Shown: positions 48,124 to 58,256, counted from the first letter of the stretch. The stretch: DNA of 59,600 bases from Bacteroidota bacterium (GCA_014190535.1 BJGO01000001.1:1-59600), one strand, 5' to 3'. Translations and numbers: made by a program. The notes: generated by a model from the sequence alone, not told the origin.

Positions 48124-48699
48124 TTATCGATTTTCTTTAAATCCTCTTGATTGGGCATAATCGCGAAGTTTTTCCTTGAGCATGTTTCGGGCACGGAAAA
48201 GTCTTGACCGAACCGTGCCAATGGGTATGTCCAGAATTTTTGCAATTTCTTCGTAGCTGAACTCCTCGATATCACAAAGCAGTATAATGGTTCTGAAGTC
48301 AACGGGAAGATCATTTATGGCTTTTGTCATTTCGTCGCCAAGCATACCGCTGAAAATCTCATTACGGAGATCCAGGCTCCCCACATGTGTTGATTCATCG
48401 GCATCGTGATAGGTAATAAAGTCTTCATAATCTATTTCAGCCGGGCGCAGTTTTTTTCTACGATATTCATTAATAAACGTGTTCTTGAGTATTTTGAACA
48501 ACCATGCTTTGGCATTGGTTCCTTTTTGATAGGACGATATAAAGCGCCATGCTTTCATAAAGGTGTCCTGAACCAGGTCATTGGCGTCTTCTTCATTGAG
48601 CACTAGACTGTAGGCAAAGTTGTAAAGCGAATCTGCTATAGGCAGGAACTCTTCTTCAAAGAGCTGATGGGCAGTTAAAGGGGTTATTTCTTCGCTCAC
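48124..48699 (-). CDS. ECF-type RNA polymerase sigma factor
   Basis: Region 2 (DLVQDTFMKAW) and region 4 (EFSYEEIAKILDIPIGTVRSRLFRAR). I propose the GTG start at 48699 (191 aa). The ORF-track ATG at 48780 would overlap the divergent gene. Confidence 0.8.
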   Translation of the reverse strand: MSEEITPLTAHQLFEEEFLPIADSLYNFAYSLVLNEEDANDLVQDTFMKAWRFISSYQKGTNAKAWLFKILKNTFINEYRRKKLRPAEIDYEDFITYHDADESTHVGSLDLRNEIFSGMLGDEMTKAINDLPVDFRTIILLCDIEEFSYEEIAKILDIPIGTVRSRLFRARNMLKEKLRDYAQSRGFKENR

Positions 48700-48770
48700 G
48701 CCACTAAAATAAATCAATTGAATTAAAAGTGTTCTCCTAACCGAACTTATATTTGGGCAATACTGCAGTA

Positions 48771-49985
48771 ATGACATCACTCAACCGGCCACCGGTATAT
48801 CGCCTAATCGCCTATGTGGCGTTAACGGGAATTGTGTGCGGTATGGTTTTTTCCAGAGTGCTATTAAGCCTTTCCATGATTGTATTGATTTTGAATGCAG
48901 TAATAAGCCCTGACTTAAGAACCCATTTTAAGCAAATATTGAAATCGCCTCAATGGTGGCTTCCTTCGCTTGTTTTTTTACAGGTGTTTATTTCCTTATT
49001 GAACTCAGATAATCTGACAGACGGCATGAATTGGCTGACGATGAAACTCCCGTTCCTTTTGTTGCCAATTGGATTTATCCCGTTACGGGCAATTTCATTA
49101 AAACATCTACTCATACTATTCTCGTTATTTGTTCTGATCATCAGTGCCTCGGTAAGTTTTGTCCTAATCGATTATTATCGAATGCATAATGATATTAATT
49201 ATTGGCGTGGTGATGTGATGAAGACTCCGTTTAGTCATATCCGATACAGCCTGATTGTGTGTATGAGTATTTTCATTGCACTATATGTTTTCATTCATAC
49301 GCACTCGATTCAACGCTTTGTTATGCTTGGGATGGCTATATACTTGTTGCTTTTTTTACATGTGCTGGCAGTTCGAAGCGGGCTCGTAGCCTTTTATCTG
49401 AGCACCTTTATTCTTGCAGTACACTATACGATTACTCATAAAAAATGGATTGAAGGCGTCTCGTTTGCAGTTGGGCTTATTCTGATTCCAGTATTAGCGT
49501 ACAATCTACTGCCAACTTTCAAGCAAAAGATTAACTATATGCATTATGATATAACGAGCTATATGTCTTCAGGAGATGCCGTTGATTTATCAGATGGACA
49601 ACGATTATTTTCCCTGGAGATGGGGTGGAAGACATTCAGGGAGCACATGGTTTTCGGCGTTGGTGCCGGCGATTTGATTGATGAGATGAATCGGCAATAC
49701 CGTGATTATCAGGATATCGAGATCAGCCGGCGTTTACCGCATAATCAGTGGCTTTGGGTTGCCGTTAGCAGCGGACTTTTCGGCTTAATCCTGTTTGGCG
49801 CCGCTATGATTTTACCGCTTTGGTTTATGCGTAAGCAAATGACTTGGTTGTTTTTGGTTTTTCTGGTTATCCTTCATTCGAGCATGCTTACTGAAGCGAC
49901 TTTAGAATCACAGATTGGCGTTGCGCTTTATATGACCTTCTATCTAATCACCCTTTTGGTGAGTTCCGGTGAACATCATGATTAA
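48771..49985 (+). CDS. O-antigen ligase (Wzy_C)-like polytopic membrane protein
   Basis: About 10 or more TM segments with a periplasmic loop containing LPHNQWL, which is typical of the family. Confidence 0.7.
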   Translation: MTSLNRPPVYRLIAYVALTGIVCGMVFSRVLLSLSMIVLILNAVISPDLRTHFKQILKSPQWWLPSLVFLQVFISLLNSDNLTDGMNWLTMKLPFLLLPIGFIPLRAISLKHLLILFSLFVLIISASVSFVLIDYYRMHNDINYWRGDVMKTPFSHIRYSLIVCMSIFIALYVFIHTHSIQRFVMLGMAIYLLLFLHVLAVRSGLVAFYLSTFILAVHYTITHKKWIEGVSFAVGLILIPVLAYNLLPTFKQKINYMHYDITSYMSSGDAVDLSDGQRLFSLEMGWKTFREHMVFGVGAGDLIDEMNRQYRDYQDIEISRRLPHNQWLWVAVSSGLFGLILFGAAMILPLWFMRKQMTWLFLVFLVILHSSMLTEATLESQIGVALYMTFYLITLLVSSGEHHD

Positions 49986-50736
49986 GTTATCCGTAGTCAT
50001 AATCACCTACAATGAAGCGCAAAACATTGAACGTTGCCTGCGAAGTGTGCTTGAACTAGCAGATGAAATTGTTATCGTGGATTCCTTCTCTACCGATCAA
50101 ACTAAAGAAATTGCACAGCAGTTTGACGTGCGATTTTTTGAACACCCTTTCGAAGGACATATACAACAAAAAAATTATGCAATAACCAAGGCCTCTTATC
50201 AACATATATTATCATTGGATGCCGATGAATGTTTAAGTGATGAACTGAAATCAGCCATACATTCCATAAAAAACAACTGGCAGTATGACGGGTATTATAT
50301 GAGCCGGCTAACGAATTATTGTGGGCATTGGATTAAATATTGCGGCTGGTATCCGGATCGAAAATTGCGACTCTGGGATTCACGAAAGGGTGCCTGGACC
50401 GGAACTAATCCTCACGACCGATATGAATTATTTAATACTAAATCTACTTGTGGTTATCTGAAAGGGGATTTGTTGCACTATAGTTATTACAGTATAGCAC
50501 AACACAAAAAGCAAATCGCTTTATTTACAGATATAGCGGCACGAGCAATGAAAGATCAAAATAAAAAATCGTCATTTATATTTCCCTATATCAGTGGAGT
50601 AGTAAAATTTATCCGTGACTATTTTTTTAAACTCGGATTTCTTGATGGAAGCACAGGGTTTACTATTTGCCGATTATCTGCATATGCTTCGTATCTCAAA
50701 TACCAAAAATTACGACAGCTGAATAAAACGGCATGA
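49978..50736 (+). CDS. Family 2 glycosyltransferase
   Basis: LSVVIITYNE ... DSFSTD ... LDADE (DxD). It overlaps the upstream stop by 8 nt. Confidence 0.85.
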   Translation: MIKLSVVIITYNEAQNIERCLRSVLELADEIVIVDSFSTDQTKEIAQQFDVRFFEHPFEGHIQQKNYAITKASYQHILSLDADECLSDELKSAIHSIKNNWQYDGYYMSRLTNYCGHWIKYCGWYPDRKLRLWDSRKGAWTGTNPHDRYELFNTKSTCGYLKGDLLHYSYYSIAQHKKQIALFTDIAARAMKDQNKKSSFIFPYISGVVKFIRDYFFKLGFLDGSTGFTICRLSAYASYLKYQKLRQLNKTA

Positions 50737-51749
50737 ACCTTAATCTAAGCAACGCGCGTATCTTAATCTCCAGAGTTGATGCCATAGGTGATGTTATGCT
50801 TACCTTGCCTTTATGCGGTATGATAAAAAAATATTATCCCGATGCCACCATAATTTTTTTAGGTCGTAAATACACCGAGCCAGTGCTCAAAAGATGTTCT
50901 TCTATCGATCAGATATTAATTTATGATGAATGGACAGACGATAACACAGCAGTTCAACGATTACGACAATTACAGATTGATGTAATCATCCATGTATTAC
51001 CAAACAGACGTATAGCCATGCTTGCCCGAAAAGCGGCTATCCCTATTCGCATTGGTACTTCACGTCGGTGGTTTCATTGGCTCTATGCCAACAAGCATGT
51101 CTATGTAAAGCGAAAAAATACTAAGCTACATGAAGCGCAATTGAATATGATGCTGTTAAAGGCCATAGCAATTCGTGAGATTCCCGCATTGGAAGATCTG
51201 CATCAATACACGTCATTCAGCACGACAAGAACGATTCCGCATGCAATTAGTTCCCTTATCGAAAAAGACAAACAAATCTTGATCATACATCCGAAATCTG
51301 CAGGCAGTGCAAGAGAATGGCCTTTGTCCTCATATGATGAATTAATTCGATTATTTCCTAAAGACCGGTATCAGATCGTTATATGCGGCACGAAACAGGA
51401 AAAGAGTACACTTGGAGGTTGGTTGACTACATTACCGGATTATGTTTATGATATGATGGGCAAATTAAGTTTAGATGAATACATTGAGTTTATTTCATCG
51501 GCAAATATATTTGTGGCGGCAAGCACCGGCCCTCTTCATATTGCTGCCGCCTGTGGTATCAGAGCTATTGGAATATATCCTCCGGTAGTACCTATGCATC
51601 CGGCACGCTGGCAACCGCTGGGCAGTTGTTCCGGATTTATTACTGCATCAAAAACGAATTGTCATCTTTGTAGCAAGAAATCGGATTATTGCAGATGTAT
51701 GTCAGAGATATCTGCATATCAGGTTTATCAAAAAATCATGGACAACTAG
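50733..51749 (+). CDS. Family 9 glycosyltransferase (LPS heptosyltransferase-like)
   Basis: N-terminus ILISRVDAIGDVMLTLP and C-terminus ASTGPLHIAAA. ATGA overlap with the GT2 gene. Confidence 0.8.
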   Translation: MNLNLSNARILISRVDAIGDVMLTLPLCGMIKKYYPDATIIFLGRKYTEPVLKRCSSIDQILIYDEWTDDNTAVQRLRQLQIDVIIHVLPNRRIAMLARKAAIPIRIGTSRRWFHWLYANKHVYVKRKNTKLHEAQLNMMLLKAIAIREIPALEDLHQYTSFSTTRTIPHAISSLIEKDKQILIIHPKSAGSAREWPLSSYDELIRLFPKDRYQIVICGTKQEKSTLGGWLTTLPDYVYDMMGKLSLDEYIEFISSANIFVAASTGPLHIAAACGIRAIGIYPPVVPMHPARWQPLGSCSGFITASKTNCHLCSKKSDYCRCMSEISAYQVYQKIMDN

Positions 51750-51751
51750 TT

Positions 51752-52171
51752 ATGGAACATAAAATAATTAAAACGGATAAAGCTCCCAAGCCTGTAGGCT
51801 TATACCCTCATGCACGTCGTGTTGGTAATCTTTTGTTCCTTTCAGGAATAGGCCCACGTAGCGCTGAAGATAATAGTATCCCGGGTAATACCTATGATGC
51901 GGAAGGTAATCTGGTGCATTACGATATAGAGGCTCAATGCCACTCGGTATTTAAAAATGTAAAAACCGTATTAGAAGAAAGTGGGAGCAGTTGGAATAAT
52001 TTGGTTGATGTAACCGTATTTCTAACGAACATGAAAAATGATTTTCCTACAATGAATAGGCTCTATGCTGAATACTTTAACACGAATCTTCCCTGTCGGA
52101 CTACCGTTGAAATAAATGCTTTGCCAACACCCATTGCTATAGAGTTGAAATGTATAGCAACTATTGATTAG
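51752..52171 (+). CDS. ridA: RidA/YjgF-family protein
   Basis: APKPVGLYPHA ... VTVFL ... PCRTTVEINALP. The ATG at 51752 lies 2 nt after the GT9 stop. Confidence 0.85.
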   Translation: MEHKIIKTDKAPKPVGLYPHARRVGNLLFLSGIGPRSAEDNSIPGNTYDAEGNLVHYDIEAQCHSVFKNVKTVLEESGSSWNNLVDVTVFLTNMKNDFPTMNRLYAEYFNTNLPCRTTVEINALPTPIAIELKCIATID

Positions 52172-53157
52172 TGGTCTTCGTGGTCACGGCCTAACATTTT
52201 ACCACCTTTCCATGAGTTTTCCAGCGCGTTCATTTCTGCAATTTCTTCGGGAGTGGGTTCTGTGTATTTTAGATTCTGAAGGTCAGGAGAACCGGCATTT
52301 ACCCAACAGGTATACCAGATAGAGCCAAGATTAAGAATAGATTTCCTCATTTTACGCTCTATCATATTGTTAAGCGCTTTAGCATATGCATCGCTAAATT
52401 CAGCAGAGTATACTCGTACCATGGCATTGCCGCGTTGCTCAAATGAATATTTTTTATCATCGGAGAACTGTTTACTTAAATCACGTTCAATGGATAGTAC
52501 ACTATCCGCCTGAGAGGCACTTTCCATAACAAATTTCCAGATAAACTCTTCTGTATTATCGATATAGGTTGCCTTACCCACGAAGTAATCATAATTATCG
52601 CCAAACAACTCGGGAATACGCGACTCCCAAAAGGCATGAATTCCGTTTTGTCCGGTCAGCTGACCATTGTAGTTGCGCGTACAGTGAAGCGGCACATGAG
52701 CATCGGCCACATAATGACCCAGCTCGGCGGCAGTTTGAAGAATACGTGATTTGTTTTTCTTTTCAAATGCTTCTTTTAAGCGAAACATCATATTCTGTAT
52801 GTGCCAGGGAACAATGCCGTGAGCTTTAAGCGTATCCTCAGAATATTTCATAACGGCATCTCGCCATTTGCGGGGTAAATCGTAATTAGGATAAATGCCA
52901 TAGCGGTCAATATCGATATAGTGCCTGGGGGCCTCATCGGGACTCGAATAACGGCGCTTATCCGGATCAACGGCATGCTCCGTTATGTACTCGATATTTT
53001 CTTTAAACAGCGTTAGCATCTGAGGAGGCAGAGTGAACACGGCAATACGGTTAATACGCTTATGCCCCCAAAATCCCCAACCCTCACTTTGTTTCGTAAA
53101 CAGGGCCACAAGAGATAAGACGACGAGACTAATTACCAGGTATTTGATGTGTCGCAT
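52168..53157 (-). CDS. Zinc-dependent phospholipase C / S1-P1 nuclease superfamily protein
   Basis: An N-terminal anchor or signal is followed by WGFWGHKRINRIA, and His-rich metal-site-like segments (HYVADAHVPLH) follow. Which subfamily it belongs to cannot be decided by eye. Confidence 0.55.
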   Translation of the reverse strand: MRHIKYLVISLVVLSLVALFTKQSEGWGFWGHKRINRIAVFTLPPQMLTLFKENIEYITEHAVDPDKRRYSSPDEAPRHYIDIDRYGIYPNYDLPRKWRDAVMKYSEDTLKAHGIVPWHIQNMMFRLKEAFEKKNKSRILQTAAELGHYVADAHVPLHCTRNYNGQLTGQNGIHAFWESRIPELFGDNYDYFVGKATYIDNTEEFIWKFVMESASQADSVLSIERDLSKQFSDDKKYSFEQRGNAMVRVYSAEFSDAYAKALNNMIERKMRKSILNLGSIWYTCWVNAGSPDLQNLKYTEPTPEEIAEMNALENSWKGGKMLGRDHEDH

Positions 53158-53161
53158 AAGT

Positions 53162-53797
53162 TTATTTTTCTTCTTTATCCTCTCCGCGGCTAATCAGATC
53201 GGTAACACCACCGCTTACAATAAATTTCATAGCATCTGAGGATTTAAATTCAGGGAGTGGTGTGATGTTTTCTCGAGGTACCAGAAATAAGTTGCCACTA
53301 AAATTGTACGAATGTGGGCAGTACACGGCTACCAGATTATGAACGCCTACTTCAGTTAAATCATCTTTTGTGATAAAACCTAGTTTATGAATGCCCGACT
53401 CTTTCGACATCAAAATCATTACCGGTTGGTTAAATGTTTTTTTGTTGCCCACTAAAGCCGATAAAAGATCTTTTACGGAAGAATAAATAATTTTTAATCC
53501 CGGTGTTTTGAGGATTACACCTTCAATAAGATTCAACAGAGACTGCATTAAAATATTATAGCTGAAATAGCCAATAATGGTAATGCCCATAATTACTAAT
53601 ATAATACTAAGACCCGGATAGAGCCCCGGAATCAGATTATCAAAAAATTGTATGATTACATAAATGGCGTATACCGTGAGAAAAATCGGACTTACAAAAA
53701 GTAGTCCCCTCAGGAAATAGCCAAGTACCTTTTTAATTGATCTGTTCAAGGTAAAATTAGTTTCACTGCGTAAAAGTATTGGTTTTAGAACAACCAA
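53162..53797 (-). CDS. DUF502-family membrane protein
   Basis: Two N-terminal TM helices and a C-terminal soluble part (HKLGFITKD...). The start codon is uncertain, because only TTG candidates are available. Confidence 0.6.
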   Translation of the reverse strand: MVVLKPILLRSETNFTLNRSIKKVLGYFLRGLLFVSPIFLTVYAIYVIIQFFDNLIPGLYPGLSIILVIMGITIIGYFSYNILMQSLLNLIEGVILKTPGLKIIYSSVKDLLSALVGNKKTFNQPVMILMSKESGIHKLGFITKDDLTEVGVHNLVAVYCPHSYNFSGNLFLVPRENITPLPEFKSSDAMKFIVSGGVTDLISRGEDKEEK

Positions 53798-53819
53798 CTG
53801 TAAAATACAACTGAAACGG

Positions 53820-55079
53820 TCAACGCAACACGCTCAGACGGTCAGCATCCAATTTGATGAGTATGAACAACAGAATCGTGAATGCCAGCATAGAAGAACC
53901 TCCGTAGCTGATAAAGGGTAGCGGTATACCAATAACAGGAACGAGGCCTATTGTCATACCAATATTAACCAGCAGATGAAAAAAAATGATGCAGGCAACA
54001 GCATAGGCATAAATTTTTGAAAATCGCGATCGTTGCCGCTCTGCAACAAAAATGATGCGTAGTAATAAACCCAGATATAGCGATAATAATATCACAGATC
54101 CAATAAACCCATATTCTTCACCTATAGTGCAGAAAATGAAATCGGATGTTTGTTCCGGCACAAAATTAAATTTGGTTAGTGTTCCCTGCAAAAATCCTTT
54201 TCCGCTAAAACCTCCCGAGCCAATGGCAATCTTGGATTGCCGGACATTATAGTCTGCATCTTTTACATCTACATCCCTTCCCAGATACACATCGATGCGC
54301 CGTTTTTGATGAGGCTCCATGACATTATTAAATATGTAGTCTGTGGTAAGAACAAGTGCCGATGAAAAAAGGAGAGCAGATGCGGTGACCATAATAGCTA
54401 AACGCTCGTGCCGTAGTATGTAAATTACTATGGCGCTGATTAATACAAGACCAATAATGATATAATATTTATCGAATAACAATGCAGTAACTCCTAAAAG
54501 GGCTGTAAATAATCCAATCAACAGTATATAACCCGGAAATCCAAAACGGTATATAACGAGAAAGAAAACAGCAAATACAACAGCAGATCCGGTTTCATTC
54601 TGCATAACGATAATAAGCATTGGTGCCATAAAAATCACAATGGCCATCATCCAGGTTCTCTTGTCCTTAAGATTGATATTAAGAGCGCTGAGATATTTTG
54701 CTAAAGCTAGACTTGTTGCAAATTTTGCAAATTCAGCCGGCTGAAACTGAAATCCCCCCATGGTAATCCACGATTTGGATCCTTTCACAACACCGCCAAT
54801 GGCAAGGGCAAGAAAAAGCAATGCGATAAGGACCCCATAAATAATGTAGGCAAATGCCGTGTAAAATTTATTGTCGGTAATTAGGATGGCCATAGCAAAA
54901 AAAATGCTGACTCCGATCCATATCATTTGTTTGCCATAAACATGTTCAAAGAACCCATCTATTGTATTGGTGAAGTCGTAGCCGGCGGCATAAACGGACG
55001 TCCAGCCCAATCCAACTAACATGATATAGATTCCTATAGTCATCCAATCTAAATTTTTCCACGTATTTCTCCTGTCCAT
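53820..55079 (-). CDS. rodA: Rod shape-determining protein RodA (SEDS family)
   Basis: FtsW/RodA/SpoVE-type polytopic protein with C-terminal GIPLPFISYGGSS. It sits immediately downstream of mrdA. Confidence 0.92.
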   Translation of the reverse strand: MDRRNTWKNLDWMTIGIYIMLVGLGWTSVYAAGYDFTNTIDGFFEHVYGKQMIWIGVSIFFAMAILITDNKFYTAFAYIIYGVLIALLFLALAIGGVVKGSKSWITMGGFQFQPAEFAKFATSLALAKYLSALNINLKDKRTWMMAIVIFMAPMLIIVMQNETGSAVVFAVFFLVIYRFGFPGYILLIGLFTALLGVTALLFDKYYIIIGLVLISAIVIYILRHERLAIMVTASALLFSSALVLTTDYIFNNVMEPHQKRRIDVYLGRDVDVKDADYNVRQSKIAIGSGGFSGKGFLQGTLTKFNFVPEQTSDFIFCTIGEEYGFIGSVILLSLYLGLLLRIIFVAERQRSRFSKIYAYAVACIIFFHLLVNIGMTIGLVPVIGIPLPFISYGGSSMLAFTILLFILIKLDADRLSVLR

Positions 55080-55082
55080 GAC

Positions 55083-56915
55083 TTAAGGAGTTTGTTTTAT
55101 GAGGTTGCCTTCAAACATATTGGTTTCCAAATATTTTCTGACTGTTGAAATCGTATCATTCATATACTTTTCAATCATCAAACTGGCGATGGGTGCCGCC
55201 CAGGTTGCACCATATCCTGAATTCTCAACGATAACGGCAATAGCAATTTTGGGATGATCTCTTGGCGCGAAACATGCAAAAAGTGAATGATCTTTACCGT
55301 GGGGATTTTGAGCGGTTCCTGTTTTTCCACAGATACTGATGCCGGGTAATTTTGCGATGCGGGCTGTACCTGCTTCAACAACATCCTCCATACCTTTAAT
55401 AACTATCCTGCAGATTGCAGTATCAATACCTGTTTGATGTGTTGTTATCCGATTTTTTAAGCTTGAAGAGTCGTTTTGAATTTCTTTCACAAGGTGAGGG
55501 GTAATCCAATAGCCTCGGTTTGCAAATGCACACATCATATTGGCTATTTGTAGAGGTGTGGTGCTGAGTTCTCCCTGGCCGAATCCGATCGAAACAATCA
55601 TACTCGATCGCCATTCATCTGTTTTATAGCGCTTGGTATAATATTTTGCATCAGGAGCAAAGCCATATCCCTCGCCGGGTAAATCAATTCCGGTCTTTAT
55701 ACCTAATCCAAAACGTTTGAGATAAGCATTCCAGGCATCCAGTCCTGCAGATATGTTTTTATGTTTTTTTCTGTTGTCCACAACCTCGCGAAAATAGTGT
55801 GCAAAGTAGCCATTACACGAAACAGCAATGGCAACACATACATTACCTATTGCTGCATGTGGATGACATCCAATATGTAAACTGCCAATATTAATACCAC
55901 CACGACACATCGAAAAGGGCGCCCAAGGCTGTATCACTTGCTCCTGCATGCCAATAGCGGCCATTAATGGTTTAAATGTTGACCCCGGAGGGTAGGGCGC
56001 TTTCACAGAGCGATTGAACAGGGGCTTATTTGGATCGGCATAGAGCACTTTAAAGTTCTTACCACGGTCCTTCCCGGATAGTAATCCGGGGTCGTAAGAT
56101 GGACTACTGACCATGGCTAACACTTCGCCTGTTGAAGGTTCTATGGCTACTATACTTCCTATTTTATTCTGCATCAACTTTTCACCATATTGTTGCAATT
56201 CAATATCAATGGAACTAACCACATTTAATCCCGGAGAAGCAATCGTATCATATTTTCCTTCAGCAAAACTTCCCTGCTCACGATTATTAACATCAACAAG
56301 CATATAGCGAACACCCTTGTTCCCTCTCAGAATCTCCTCATAAGATTCTTCGATACCGGTGATGCCTATGTAATCTCCTTGCCGATAGTATGAACCTAGT
56401 CTCTCCAGTTGTTTCGGACTTACTTCGCCAATATAACCAAGCACGTGAGCGGCTGCAACATACGGATAAGAACGTACCGTTCGTACCTGTGAATAAAATC
56501 CCGCAAATTGAAATAGACTTTCGCGAACGGATTGGAACTGATCAGCCTGAATACCTTTAAGAAAGGTGTAAGGTTTATACGGAGATGCTTTGCGGGCCTT
56601 AACTAACGTCTTTTTAACATAGCTTACATCTACATTCAAAACGTTAGCGAGTTCAGCTGTGTCGAATGGAGTAACCTGAATCGGTAGTACCATTAAATCA
56701 TACTCAGCTTTATTATATAGTACAAGCCGTTGCTTTCGATCGTATATCAGGCCACGGGCAGGATATACCGTTACGCGTCTCAGCGAATTACTGTTTGCCA
56801 GTTGTTTGTAATTTTTATCGACTACTTGCATGTAAAATAATCGTAATAGATAAATAAGGATAACCAAAATGAATACTCCCTGTATGATATATCGGCGTGA
56901 TTGAAACAGGTCCAT
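55083..56915 (-). CDS. mrdA: Penicillin-binding protein 2
   Basis: Transpeptidase motifs STFKP and KTGTA with an N-terminal TM anchor. The ATG at 56915 is preferred, since 56951 would overlap mreD by 32 nt. Confidence 0.92.
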   Translation of the reverse strand: MDLFQSRRYIIQGVFILVILIYLLRLFYMQVVDKNYKQLANSNSLRRVTVYPARGLIYDRKQRLVLYNKAEYDLMVLPIQVTPFDTAELANVLNVDVSYVKKTLVKARKASPYKPYTFLKGIQADQFQSVRESLFQFAGFYSQVRTVRSYPYVAAAHVLGYIGEVSPKQLERLGSYYRQGDYIGITGIEESYEEILRGNKGVRYMLVDVNNREQGSFAEGKYDTIASPGLNVVSSIDIELQQYGEKLMQNKIGSIVAIEPSTGEVLAMVSSPSYDPGLLSGKDRGKNFKVLYADPNKPLFNRSVKAPYPPGSTFKPLMAAIGMQEQVIQPWAPFSMCRGGINIGSLHIGCHPHAAIGNVCVAIAVSCNGYFAHYFREVVDNRKKHKNISAGLDAWNAYLKRFGLGIKTGIDLPGEGYGFAPDAKYYTKRYKTDEWRSSMIVSIGFGQGELSTTPLQIANMMCAFANRGYWITPHLVKEIQNDSSSLKNRITTHQTGIDTAICRIVIKGMEDVVEAGTARIAKLPGISICGKTGTAQNPHGKDHSLFACFAPRDHPKIAIAVIVENSGYGATWAAPIASLMIEKYMNDTISTVRKYLETNMFEGNLIKQTP

Positions 56916-56919
56916 AAAG

Positions 56920-57432
56920 TTATTTCTTACGCGAGTATAAAAGATATTCAATCAATATGATGATTACAACGGATAGGATACTACTCATTATAGTTTTAGA
57001 TAATATCAATAAAAGCTGATTTACGCTTAATGTTTCAACAAGAAATAAAATGAAGTGTGCTATCAGTATGGTGTACAACGAATAAAAAAAGAACCATCTG
57101 AAGCCAAGGCTGAACAATCTCGGCTCATCTTCACTATTATAACCGCCGGACGGTTTTAATATAGTTAATAAGTAGGGTCTTAAAAAACCAAGAAATGTTG
57201 CCGCAAATGCATGAATGCCAAGTGTTCCTGAAAACACATCAACACTAAGGCCACACAGAAACGAGATAAATAGTAACAAGGTGTGTGAAATTGCAATAGG
57301 AAGTGTTAAGATAAAGTAGAAATAGATATAGCTGTTGAATATTCCCGGAAGTGTAATATTATTTAGAATCAGTATTTGTATTACTAATAGAATCAGAAAA
57401 CGAAAAATCTGTTGTAGGATACTTACGATCAT
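56920..57432 (-). CDS. mreD: Rod shape-determining protein MreD
   Basis: 170 aa polytopic protein between mreC and mrdA. It overlaps mreC by 4 nt. Confidence 0.8.
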   Translation of the reverse strand: MIVSILQQIFRFLILLVIQILILNNITLPGIFNSYIYFYFILTLPIAISHTLLLFISFLCGLSVDVFSGTLGIHAFAATFLGFLRPYLLTILKPSGGYNSEDEPRLFSLGFRWFFFYSLYTILIAHFILFLVETLSVNQLLLILSKTIMSSILSVVIIILIEYLLYSRKK

Positions 57433-58256
57433 TTGACGGCCTCGGGTTCTAATTGTTGCTGTTCATCCTGCAATAAATAATTCACCACATACACAGTTTG
57501 CAAGGTCGAGAAATCGGTGTTTAGTCGTATGGTGATATCATAGAAGTTGTCTTCTGTCTCTTTTGTAAAAGAGGATACGGTGCCTATAACAATATTTTCA
57601 GGAAAAAATATCGATCCACCGCTCGTGGTTACCTTATCCCCTTTTTTGATTACAATCTGTTTAGGTATTTCTTTGAGTTTGGCATATTGATAATCTTTAC
57701 CATCCCAGTATACGGAACCAACAAATCCTTCCACACCAATACGTCCGCTTACTTCTAAATCCTGATGAAGCAAGGTGATTATACTCGAGAAATGAGGCGT
57801 TACCTGTTTAACTATGCCCACAATACCGTCCGGAGAAATCACCGCCATTCGGGGTTTTATTCCCTGCAGGGTGCCTTTATTTATCGTGATGTAGTTGTTA
57901 AACTGATTGGTTGATAATTTAATAACGCGTGACGGTATATAAGTATAAATCTGTTTTTTATTAGTATCGCTAACGCTCACCACCTGATAGGAATCATCGT
58001 AAAAGGCTCCGGGCAGTAAGGAGCGCAGATAAGCATTTTCATTCACCAATTTTTCATTTTCTTTTTTTAGATGCACATAGGACATCACACTTTGATAGCG
58101 GGTAAAAACATAACCACTAATATTATTTGCTGTTTTCATGAAGCCCGTTTCGTGGAATGAGTTATTCGAAATCATCAGGTAAACCGACAAGGCCTCTAAA
58201 AGAATAAATACAAGGAATGCGTTGTATCGGATAAGAAACAGGATGAGGTTACGCAT
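57429..58256 (-). CDS. mreC: Rod shape-determining protein MreC
   Basis: N-terminal TM segment, a coiled-coil (LKKENEKLVNENAYLR) and a beta-rich C-terminal domain. It lies downstream of mreB. Confidence 0.88.
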   Translation of the reverse strand: MRNLILFLIRYNAFLVFILLEALSVYLMISNNSFHETGFMKTANNISGYVFTRYQSVMSYVHLKKENEKLVNENAYLRSLLPGAFYDDSYQVVSVSDTNKKQIYTYIPSRVIKLSTNQFNNYITINKGTLQGIKPRMAVISPDGIVGIVKQVTPHFSSIITLLHQDLEVSGRIGVEGFVGSVYWDGKDYQYAKLKEIPKQIVIKKGDKVTTSGGSIFFPENIVIGTVSSFTKETEDNFYDITIRLNTDFSTLQTVYVVNYLLQDEQQQLEPEAVK

